A stretch of DNA of 64,000 bases. Source: Chloroflexota bacterium. GTDB taxonomy: Bacteria; Chloroflexota; Limnocylindria; Limnocylindrales; CSP1-4. The notes beneath the pieces are model-generated. The model was given only the letters and a program-made list of their open reading frames with translations. It made no database searches and was not told where the DNA came from. Where the stretch lies: the NCBI GenBank assembly GCA_040389445.1, contig JAZJZX010000003.1, positions 5,298-69,297 of the forward strand. The letters run 5' to 3'. A program made the translations under genes and the position numbers. Of this stretch, positions 27,724 through 36,236 are shown piece after piece (the stretch's first letter is position 1; each line of letters starts with the position of its first letter).

Positions 27724-28707
27724 ATGACGAGCCCATCGCGAACCGACACCCTGACCCGGGAGCGAGCCAGCGAGCTCGTTCGAGCGTGGGCCGGCGGTCG
27801 GCCCGGGCCGCTGGGTTCGGTCCTCGGTCGCCTGACGGCCGTGGACCAGGTCGGCGTGGAGCTCCGCGTCGAGTCGCTCAAGAAGCGCTCGATCAAGAAG
27901 GCTTCAAAGTTGTGGGCCCTCGACCTCGCGATCCGGATGATGGATCTCACGACCCTGGAGGGAAAGGACACGCCGGGCAAGATCCGGGCGCTCTGCCAGA
28001 AGGCGATGCACCCGCAACCGGGCGACGCCTCGATCCCCTCGGTCGCGGCCATCTGCGTCTACCCGGCGCTGATCGCCGACGCGAAGGACGCGCTCCGAGG
28101 CTCCGGCGTCAAGGTCGCCAGTGTCGCGACGGCGTTTCCGTCCGGGCAGACCTTTCTCGACATCAAGCTGGCCGAGGTTCGGGCCGCCGTGGCCGCCGGC
28201 GCCGATGAGATCGACATGGTCATCGATCGCGGGGCCTTCCTGAGCGGGCAATACGGGCAGGTCTTCGATGAGATCGTCGAGGTCAAGGACGCCTGCGGCG
28301 AGGCGCATCTCAAGGTCATCCTCGAGACCGGCGAGCTCGAGACCTATGACAACGTGCGGCGCGCCTCGATCCTGGCCATGGCCGCCGGGGCCGATTTCAT
28401 CAAGACGTCGACCGGCAAGGTCACGCCGGCCGCCACCCTGCCCGTGACGCTCGTCATGTTCGAGGCGATCCGCGACTTCGAGAAGGCAACCGGCCGCGCG
28501 GTCGGCATGAAACCAGCCGGTGGCATCCGGACCGCCAAGGAGGCGGTCCAGTACCTCGTCGTCCTGTACGAGACGCTCGGGCCGCGCTGGATGACGCCGG
28601 ATCGCTTCCGGTTCGGGGCGTCGAGCCTCCTGAACGATGTCCTGATGCAGATCGAGAAGGAGCGGACGGGCCGCTACCAGGGCCCGGACCACTTCACCCT
28701 CGACTGA
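27724..28707 (+). CDS. deoC: Deoxyribose-phosphate aldolase
   Basis: MDLTTLEG, AAICVYP, VATAFPSGQ, EIDMVI, LKVILETGEL, FIKTSTGK, KPAGGIRT, FGASSLL. Confidence 0.96.
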   Translation: MTSPSRTDTLTRERASELVRAWAGGRPGPLGSVLGRLTAVDQVGVELRVESLKKRSIKKASKLWALDLAIRMMDLTTLEGKDTPGKIRALCQKAMHPQPGDASIPSVAAICVYPALIADAKDALRGSGVKVASVATAFPSGQTFLDIKLAEVRAAVAAGADEIDMVIDRGAFLSGQYGQVFDEIVEVKDACGEAHLKVILETGELETYDNVRRASILAMAAGADFIKTSTGKVTPAATLPVTLVMFEAIRDFEKATGRAVGMKPAGGIRTAKEAVQYLVVLYETLGPRWMTPDRFRFGASSLLNDVLMQIEKERTGRYQGPDHFTLD

Positions 28708-28771
28708 GGCCGCCACGAACATGTCGGCGGACCGCCCGGAACCGGAGGCGTTGTCCCGGCGTCTCCCGACC

Positions 28772-29677
28772 ATGAACCGACAGATCCTCACCATCGGCGC
28801 ACTTCTGGTCATCGTCGCCGCGGCCTGCGGTTCAGGCGGCCCGTCGCCCTCCCCGTCGCCGACCCCCGGTCCCGCCCGCTCGGTCACAGAGCTGAAGCTT
28901 GCCCTGATCTCGACCTACGGCAACCTCTGGTATTGCGATCGGGACTTCTATCCGATCCAGCGTCAGGACGAGATTCAGAGCGCGAAGGAGCGGTGGGCAG
29001 AGGTAACGGCTGATGCGGCCGCCTTCAAGGCCATCGCCGACGCCGCCTCCCTCGACCCGGCCGGGCCGTTCACGGACGACCAGCGCCTGACCCTCTATCG
29101 ATCCTGGAAGGTCGTGCAGGCCATCGCCCTCGACCCGATCGGCAATGACACCTACCGCTTCGACTATCTGGCCCAGCCAAAGCCCGGCGGGGTCGACGGA
29201 ACGCGAACCGCCGGCACCATCAGGACCGACGGGTCGATCGCGGTCGAGCAGCAGGCAGCCGCCACGGAACCCATCTGTCCGATCTGCCTCGCCCGGGGGA
29301 CGCTGATCGAGACGCCGAACGGTGGCGTCGCGGTCGAGGATCTCCGGATCGGGGACCCGATCTGGACGCTTGGCGCGTCGGGTCACCGAATCGAGGGGAC
29401 GGTCATCGCCCTCGGCTCGACCGTGGCACCGGTCAATCACCGGGTCGTCCATCTCGTCCTCGCCGATGGGCGCACCGTGACGGCGTCGCCCGGCCATCCC
29501 CTTGCTGACGGGCGACGCATCGGAGACCTTCGCGTGGGCGATTCGGTCGACGGTTCGGTCGTGGCCTCTGCGGACCTGCTCGCCTATGCCGGCCGGCGGA
29601 CGTTCGATCTTGTCGTCGCCGGGCCGACCGGCACCTATCTCGTCGACGGTATCCCGCTGCGAAGCACCTTGCGCTGA
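28772..29677 (+). CDS. Lipoprotein with C-terminal Hint (Hedgehog/intein-like) domain
   Basis: Signal peptide plus lipobox AAA-C19 (Cys codon 28826); Hint block A CLARGTLIETPNGGVAVEDLRIGD from 29285, block B ASPGHP, block F TFDL, terminal IPLRST. Confidence 0.85.
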   Translation: MNRQILTIGALLVIVAAACGSGGPSPSPSPTPGPARSVTELKLALISTYGNLWYCDRDFYPIQRQDEIQSAKERWAEVTADAAAFKAIADAASLDPAGPFTDDQRLTLYRSWKVVQAIALDPIGNDTYRFDYLAQPKPGGVDGTRTAGTIRTDGSIAVEQQAAATEPICPICLARGTLIETPNGGVAVEDLRIGDPIWTLGASGHRIEGTVIALGSTVAPVNHRVVHLVLADGRTVTASPGHPLADGRRIGDLRVGDSVDGSVVASADLLAYAGRRTFDLVVAGPTGTYLVDGIPLRSTLR

Positions 29678-29742
29678 TTCCCGGCGTAATGCTTGTCGGG
29701 TATCGCCGGTGCATCGGCCAGGCCGGCCCGCGGCCCCCCGCG

Positions 29743-29768
29743 GGCTGAGTCCCCATAGGTGGTGTAAC
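29743..29768 (-). mobile_element. Probable orphan IS256-family right end (remnant)
   Basis: Minus strand TTACACCACCTATGGGGACTCAGCC resembles IS256-type termini (TACAC-N-GAC-N); no intact transposase beside it. Confidence 0.45.
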
Positions 29769-30078
29769 AGCGGACCGGTCGAGAACTCAATCGGCCACCG
29801 CGTCATCCTCGCGTCGTTGGAGTGAGTTCCCGACGCGGCCGAGCCGCCCGGACGATGCTCAGCCGGTTCCAGCGCGGCCGGTAGTGGTTCCTCCGCGGCA
29901 GCCGCCGCGGGTTGGTATACCTTCGAGACTGGATCTCCGGCATCCGCGCCCTCCTCGAAGGGCACGTTAGCCAGTCTCATCCTCACCGGGGAACTTCACG
30001 TAGCGGCGCCGAACAGACCGGGGATGTACTACTCTCGAGGCCCTCGGCGGCGGCGCTCAACGAGAGTTCGGGCCGCCG

Positions 30079-31194
30079 TTGATGCCCCGCCACTCCGCAA
30101 GGGGTGTATCGGGTCCACCGAGTAGGCTTGAGCAACAATTGGAGGCTCCATTGAGAACGTGGGCAGCCGCGTTCGCCGGCTTTCTCATTCTGCTTCTGAG
30201 CCTTTTGGCTCTCCGCGGGTTGGCAAGGAGCGATCTGGCCGGTATCAGCACGACGCCACGAGCTGTAACGACCCTATCAACGATCGGCTCCCTGATCGAC
30301 GAGATCCAGGCCATCGCCGTTCCGACGTGGAAAGCACCAGATGTCCTTGTCGCGCCCGGATGGTCCGGCCTTATCACAGCGGTTGTCGTCCAAGCTGGAG
30401 ACATAGTTCGGACGGGCCAAACGGTGCTCGTTGTTGACGGCGTCACGCGCGTCGCGGCCGCCACGCCATTTCCCTTCTGGAGGGATTTGCGCCCCGGCGA
30501 TGCCGGCCCGGACGTGAAGATGCTGCAATCGCTCATGACGGACCTCGGCTTCTACGGCGGTGCTGCCACCGGCCAGGTAGATAGAGCCACGTCCGATGCC
30601 GTCTCCAAATGGGGCAACTCACTTGGAGACACGACCGGCACCAGTCTCTTTGACCGTAGTTGGGTTATTTGGCTTCCGGTAGACGTCTTCAAGATCGAAA
30701 GGCTCGATGTTCAAACTGGAGCGTCGGCACCACCTCCCGGCGCAGCCATCGCAGTTGCTGCAGCGCAATTGCTCTCGGTGTCCCTACTTACACAGTCGGA
30801 CGAACCCGTTGGCATCACTGACCCAGCGGCATGGCAGGTACAACTCGGTTCGAGAGTCGCGGGCCTGGCGGCAAGCCAGCCAGTCCGGGTGCTCGAAGCC
30901 GATCTCCAGCGGGTGGCCGATCAGTTCGACGCGGATGCCAAGACGACCCCGGCAGTCATCACGACGAAAACACCTCGCAGTGTCGTGGTCGTGCCCGCTT
31001 CCTCGGTGGGCAGCAACGCGGACGGCGGAACGTGTGTCTGGGTCCCGGGCGATGACGGATACATGCCCGTCCCGGTGAGGGTCGCCGGCGGGTCGTTCAA
31101 CACCGCCCAGCTCGCGAGTGGGCTGCCTGCGGCGAGTACGGTTCTGGTCAATCCAGGCGAGGTTCTTGCCAATCCGACATGTCCCTCGAGCTGA
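30079..31194 (+). CDS. Peptidoglycan-binding (PG_binding_1) periplasmic-adaptor-like protein; start uncertain
   Basis: One TM; lipoyl-like SGLITAVVVQAGDIVRTGQ; PGBD RDLRPGDAGPDVKMLQSLMTDLGFY. Confidence 0.78.
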   Translation: MMPRHSARGVSGPPSRLEQQLEAPLRTWAAAFAGFLILLLSLLALRGLARSDLAGISTTPRAVTTLSTIGSLIDEIQAIAVPTWKAPDVLVAPGWSGLITAVVVQAGDIVRTGQTVLVVDGVTRVAAATPFPFWRDLRPGDAGPDVKMLQSLMTDLGFYGGAATGQVDRATSDAVSKWGNSLGDTTGTSLFDRSWVIWLPVDVFKIERLDVQTGASAPPPGAAIAVAAAQLLSVSLLTQSDEPVGITDPAAWQVQLGSRVAGLAASQPVRVLEADLQRVADQFDADAKTTPAVITTKTPRSVVVVPASSVGSNADGGTCVWVPGDDGYMPVPVRVAGGSFNTAQLASGLPAASTVLVNPGEVLANPTCPSS

Positions 31195-31829
31195 CCCGCG
31201 TCGCGCACTGGTATCGGCCGGGGCAGGAGTTGCTTCGGAACATCTCGATCGTCTTCCGCGCCGGGACCACCACCGCGATCTCAGGTCCATCAGGTTCAGG
31301 GAAAACGACCCTTCTGAGCATCGCCGGGCTCCTTCAAGTCGCGCGGGAAGGCCTCGTGAGTCTTGATGGTCAGGCGATCACGGGCCGCAGACAGGCCGAA
31401 CTCGCACGAGCGAAGATTTCGTGGATCTTCCAATCGGCAAATGTCCTGGGTCGGCGATCCGTGTTCGACAACGTCGCCTTGGGAGGCTTTGCTCGTGGGG
31501 CGGATCGACGGATGCTCCGCAACGACATTGGTGCCTCACTCGAGAGGGTCGGACTAAGTGAATTCGGGGAGCGCCGGGCGGCGACGCTTTCAGGCGGTGA
31601 GTTGCAGCGACTCTCAATAGCTCGTGCGCTCGTCGGCCGTCCGCTCGTTGTGCTTGCCGACGAACCGACAGGTCAGCTTGACCGCGCCAACACCGAGCTA
31701 GTCGCAAGCTTACTCATCGGGTCGTTCGGTAATGAGGCCGCGGTCATCGTCGCGACCCACGATGAGCGGGTGGCAGCCGCGTGCACGCATCACTTTCGGC
31801 TCATCGACGGGGCACTGCACAGCGCATGA
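31179..31829 (+). CDS. ABC transporter ATP-binding protein (LolD/MacB-like)
   Basis: GPSGSGKTT, LSGGELQR, LADEPTGQLD, VATHD. Confidence 0.92.
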   Translation: MSLELTRVAHWYRPGQELLRNISIVFRAGTTTAISGPSGSGKTTLLSIAGLLQVAREGLVSLDGQAITGRRQAELARAKISWIFQSANVLGRRSVFDNVALGGFARGADRRMLRNDIGASLERVGLSEFGERRAATLSGGELQRLSIARALVGRPLVVLADEPTGQLDRANTELVASLLIGSFGNEAAVIVATHDERVAAACTHHFRLIDGALHSA

Positions 31830-32902
31830 GCGGGGGCGAATGGCGACTCCGCGTGATTGTCAACGACGCCTCGCGAAATTTCGTGGCTCGCGGAGCAGCG
31901 TCCCTCGCGTGGTTGGTCCTGACCTCGCTCGTCCTTGGGACGATTGCCCTTGCAGAGCTTGAGGCAGTAGACCGCATACGCCGATTCGAGGCCGAGCGGG
32001 TCGCCGCGGGGGCGTACGTCTTCGTGGCTAGGAGCAACGATGGGCTCCTAGCGGGTCGCTGTGACAGTCTTCGAAGCGTGGACGCCGTTAGGGAGGCCGG
32101 GGGCATTTCTGAGGGAGCAATCGTCAACCTGCGATCAGCACCAGGGCTGTATTTTCAGTCGGGCTATGTTACTCCGGGTGCCCTGAACGTAATGTCAGGG
32201 ACTGATGTTGGCCCGCTGACTCATCGAGGTTGGGTACTCGGGGCTGCTTCCGCCATGGAGCTGCGCGCTGCTCCGGGCTGGATCATCGACGTCGGCGCCG
32301 ATCGCGAACAGGTCATACGCGTCGTCTCATTTGAGCGCCGGAATGTCGCGATCAATCGCTGGATGCTTCAGGTTGTCGGGCCAATCGGGTTGGTTGATGA
32401 ATGCTGGGCCGAATTCGACCGCGCGACCGAGGGCGTCGGGCCGCTCCTTCTCGCTGCCTGGTTCGTAGGCGAACCGGGGCTCGAGGTCAAACGGCTGGTC
32501 TCGGCCGGCACGCTCTCGCGCGACCCGCGCGAGGAGCTGCTGAACAGGCCGCAACAGCACGGTTGGATACCTGGAGGGATGGGGCTCGCATCGGTCGCCT
32601 GGTTCGTGATCTTGTCGAGACGACGCGAGACTGCACTCTATACAGCGGTCGGCCTATCACGCCCCGGACTCGTCATGCTTGTAGGAGTGGAATTCCTACT
32701 GGTGGTTGGGGTGGCTTGGGTCGCGGGAATCCTCATTGCGACCGGTGTCATGTACGCGAGCGGCGCCACATTGTCCGGAGATCAGGTCCTGATGGGCGCC
32801 GTGACGTCCGGCAGTGCGGCCCTACTGGCATCAATCTCTATTCCGATTCTCGTCGTGGTTGGGTCTGGGTCCGCGATCGCACAGGCGCTCAAGGAAACCT
32901 GA
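31826..32902 (+). CDS. ABC transporter permease (MacB/FtsX-like, 1+3 TM)
   Basis: N-terminal TM, large extracytoplasmic loop, SRRRETALYTAVG; ATGA overlap. Confidence 0.75.
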   Translation: MSGGEWRLRVIVNDASRNFVARGAASLAWLVLTSLVLGTIALAELEAVDRIRRFEAERVAAGAYVFVARSNDGLLAGRCDSLRSVDAVREAGGISEGAIVNLRSAPGLYFQSGYVTPGALNVMSGTDVGPLTHRGWVLGAASAMELRAAPGWIIDVGADREQVIRVVSFERRNVAINRWMLQVVGPIGLVDECWAEFDRATEGVGPLLLAAWFVGEPGLEVKRLVSAGTLSRDPREELLNRPQQHGWIPGGMGLASVAWFVILSRRRETALYTAVGLSRPGLVMLVGVEFLLVVGVAWVAGILIATGVMYASGATLSGDQVLMGAVTSGSAALLASISIPILVVVGSGSAIAQALKET

Positions 32903-32942
32903 TTCGTCGGCACCTTCGTCTGCTCGCAACTCGTCTGTTCCG

Positions 32943-33509
32943 TTACTGGGCGACGTCGACGCATTCTAGGTACGCGTCATGGGCAGCATCGCCGACTCCC
33001 GACAGGGCGGACAACAATTCGGCGTTGTCGGCCGGCTCCTGCGGGACGTCGTATCCCTGCTCCGCCAGACACGCTGCGACTCGGGAGAGCAGCTGCCGCT
33101 CACTATCGCCGGGGTTTAGGGCGACTCGCCACCCCTCCGCGACGTACTGGAAGTGCTCAACGTCGCACTTTGATACAACCGCGGCCGGATCCTCCGCCGC
33201 GGTGCCATCCGCGACAGACATGCCTTGGATCAGCCCGTCGTCATCGCGCTCCAGGGCCAGGATCACCACGCCCGCTGTTTCAATGCATGCCCGGTAGGCG
33301 AGAAAAGCGCGCTCGTACTCAGAGCGGTCAACGACGCCGTCTGTCAGGGCAATCCGCTGCTCCTCCGGAGCATCCGCCAGAATCGCGGGTAGCCGCTCGA
33401 CCCATGCCTCGCCATACGTGAGCGCATTGCGTTCCGATGGCGGGCTCGAACCGCATGCTCCGAGCGCGATCGCGAGTATCGCGCTAGCAACCAGACGCCA
33501 TTCACTCAC
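32943..33509 (-). CDS. Hypothetical lipoprotein with four Cys in two helical repeats
   Basis: Lipobox LGAC; DGVVDRSEYERAFLAYRAC; overlaps stop of the upstream secreted gene. Confidence 0.8.
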   Translation of the reverse strand: MSEWRLVASAILAIALGACGSSPPSERNALTYGEAWVERLPAILADAPEEQRIALTDGVVDRSEYERAFLAYRACIETAGVVILALERDDDGLIQGMSVADGTAAEDPAAVVSKCDVEHFQYVAEGWRVALNPGDSERQLLSRVAACLAEQGYDVPQEPADNAELLSALSGVGDAAHDAYLECVDVAQ

Positions 33510-33865
33510 GCCTTCGATTGACAGATCGCATTGCCGCAGGCGTACTGCCAGTAGATTGAGAGGATGTCGTAGGTCCGATTGATGTGGCTTGCGAGGTTCT
33601 GCTGCGGGCCGTAGATCGTGACCGCCCCAATGTCGGAGTCGTACCAGCGCAGGACGACCTGCACGTTGTCACAGCTGCTGAGCTCGATCGTTTCGCCTTC
33701 GGCGCTTTGATCCGAGTAGCCCGTGTGCTCCCACGACACGTCGCATGCGCCCTGAATGTTCGTGACCGTGCCCGAGTGGTAGTGGTTGATGTGGGAGGCG
33801 CCGGCCGCTGCTGGCAAAGCCAAGGCCAGGACCAGCGCACTCAGGGTGATGACGAGGCGACGCAT
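33506..33865 (-). CDS. Small secreted protein (Sec signal, about 96-aa mature part, 4 Cys)
   Basis: MRRLVITLSALVLALALPAAAGA signal; aromatic/His-rich mature region; C-terminal CGNAIC. Confidence 0.75.
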   Translation of the reverse strand: MRRLVITLSALVLALALPAAAGASHINHYHSGTVTNIQGACDVSWEHTGYSDQSAEGETIELSSCDNVQVVLRWYDSDIGAVTIYGPQQNLASHINRTYDILSIYWQYACGNAICQSKA

Positions 33866-33991
33866 CTACTTACCCCCCCCAACTGGGCCGCCGTCGGCGC
33901 CACCTGCCGAAATTGTCGCGGCTTCCGTCGTGTGGTGGCCGCGTCCAATATAGGTCCCCGGTACGCGTCAGTAAATAGGGCAAACGCCCTG

Positions 33992-35280
33992 AGTGACGTA
34001 GCGTTTCTTGTGGGCTTTCGAATCGAGGGGGCGTACAACTTCAGGTGGTTCCAACACCCCAAGGAGTACGCCCGATGCGAACTGTACCGGCCCTGACCGA
34101 GCGGACCGAGCGCGAACGGTGGCGCGAGGTCCGCGACGAGGACGACGTGTGGGGCGACCTGCGTCCCGAGCTGCTTGAGGCCGTCCGCTCGATCCTCACC
34201 ACGACGATGGAGGACGAGCTGGCAGCCGAATTGGTCGCCAGCCGCTACGAGCGGACGCCGTGGCGCCGTGACACCCGCAATGGCGCCTATCACCGGACCC
34301 TCGTGACCGAGCTCGGGGCGATCATCGACCTGCGCGTGCCCCGCCGGCGGCTCGTGCCGTACCGGCCCTCGTTCCTGGCCCGGGCGGCGCGCCGGACGCG
34401 CTGCGTCGATCGGGTCCTGCGCCAGGCCTTCCTGCGCGGGCTCTCGACCCGGGAGACGGCAGCCTTGGCCGAGACCCTCACCGGGGTGGCCCTGTCGGCG
34501 GCCGCGGTCAGCCGCCTGGCCCGCGACCTCGATGGTCAGGTCGCGGCCTTCCATCGCCGCCCAATCGCCTTTGCCGCCCGCTATCTGCTCGTGGATGGCC
34601 TGTGGGTGTCGGTCCGCGGCAGCGCCGGTCGCAGCCAGCGGCGAGTCGTCCTCGCCGCCTACGGGATCGACGAGGCGGGCCGTCGCGAACTGCTCGATTA
34701 TCGTCAGGGCGCTTCCGAATCGGCCGTCGAGTGGACTCGCTTCCTGACGTCCCTCGTGACCCGGGGCCTCGATCCCGAGGCCATCCGCCTCGTCACGGCC
34801 GACGGCGCCGGCGGGATCGCCGCCGCGGTCGCCGAGGTCTTTCCGATGGCCGACCTGCAGCGCTGCTGGACACACCGCATCCGGAACCTGCTGGGAGCGA
34901 TACCACTGGGCGAACGGCGGGCCTGTCTCGGTGGCCTGCGGGCGATCTATCGGGCCCGGACCCGGCGGGTCGCGGTGGCCGCCTACTGGCGCTGGGCGAC
35001 GACCTGGCGGACCCGTCACCCGGTTCTCGTCCGCCATCTCGAGCGCGACCTCGACGAGCTCCTCGCCGTGTTCGTCCTGCCCGAGCCGATCCGCCTCCAC
35101 CTGCGGACCACGAACCTCATCGAGCGCGCCTTTCGCGACTCCGTCGACGGATCCGGCCGATGGGTGCACTCGCCGATCGCCGCTCAGCCGACCGGATCCT
35201 CTACGGCCAGGTGCTTCGTCTCAACGAACTCCTGGTCCGCCGCCCCCTCGCGACATTCACACAAGAGACTTGACGTCACC
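33992..35280 (+). mobile_element. IS256-family insertion sequence, 1289 bp, 9-bp target-site duplication
   Basis: TSD AACGCCCTG at 33983-33991 and 35281-35289; imperfect terminal IRs AGTGACGTAGCGTTTCTTGTG and GGTGACGTCAAGTCTCTTGTG. Confidence 0.92.
34075..35273 (+). pseudogene. IS256 (Mutator-like) transposase with a 1-nt deletion frameshift near 35138
   Basis: RNGAYHR, GLSTRE, YLLVDG, LVTADG, QRCWTH, TTNLIERAF; the expected LRRRIRPMG C-terminus continues in another frame. Confidence 0.88.
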
Positions 35281-35386
35281 AACGCCCTGTGCATCCCCAC
35301 GTCCGTGCTGACGCGCCCAGCACAGCAGTGAGAGCCCACTCCATCAGGCTGGGGTTGTCAGAAGCCAGCAGTTGGAGGTGCTCGAG

Positions 35387-36145
35387 ATGACGTCGTCGCG
35401 CCCAGGGCATGGTCGCCCAGCGCGATCCGCTCGATCTTCGAACAGCCCAGTTGCGAGACTGACGGGACGATTCGGCAGGCGCCACAGCTGGCTGTCCGGC
35501 GGGGTCGATCGGCGTCGCCGCCCGGCGCGTCAGATCGGCGCTACCTGGGTTTCGGTCGACCTACCCCACGGGGATGCCATTACGTTTATTACTCCCCAGG
35601 ATGGGTGGCAGGCGGGAGGCGCGGTCGATCAAGGCCTCAACGTAACGCACGACGGAGGTAGCACGTGGACGGCCGTCCACGTCACGGTGCCGTCGGCCTA
35701 TGAGGGTCACAGAATCAGCTTTGCCAATCCGACATTCTTCGGCGATCAGGGGATGCTTCCGGTATTCTTAGCATTCCGGGCGGCGGTCATCTCGTCGTGG
35801 GCTCCTATGTCAGCAACGACTGTGGCGTGAGTTGGAAGGCTGCCTCCTTTGTGGAGGCTTCGCCCGGCGGTTCCAGGGTTCCAATCGTCATCGAGGGACC
35901 CGGAGATTGGCTCGTGATGACAAGTTCGGGTCTTGAGAGATTGACGGACGGGGCCGCTCCGGCTTCTGTTGTCGGGTCCGGACTGGATCCACGTACGGTG
36001 ACGTCGATGGTGATGAACGGGCCGGAACTGCTCGCGCTCACGGCACCAAGCTCGTGCGCGACGGGAAAGACCGACTGTCGCTTTTCGAACCAGCTGAATG
36101 CGTCGGAAGGACGGCGGCAGTACATGGACAGTCCTCTCGCCATAG
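35387..36145 (+). pseudogene. Frameshifted BNR/Asp-box beta-propeller protein; 5' end uncertain
   Basis: Asp-boxes THDGGSTW (35645), SNDCGVSW (35812) and DGGSTW (36110) alternate between two reading frames. Confidence 0.65.
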
Positions 36146-36236
36146 CCACGCGCGTTCCGTCGAACCGAAGGGGAGATCGTCCGTCGAGATTGGAGCGGGA
36201 AGAATCGCGTGGGCTTTCATTCCAATTGAGTCGTGG

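Noticed and set aside
29285-29677. A true splicing intein
   Set aside because: No terminal His-Asn, no C-extein and no homing endonuclease; treated as a Hedgehog-like Hint instead
28832-29986. 384-aa minus-strand ORF overlapping the Hint gene
   Set aside because: Antisense shadow of the lipoprotein plus non-coding remnant; no recognisable domain
29743-35280. Composite transposon bounded by two IS256 ends
   Set aside because: The complete IS has its own TSD (independent insertion), the two right ends differ in sequence, and no shared flanking duplication was found
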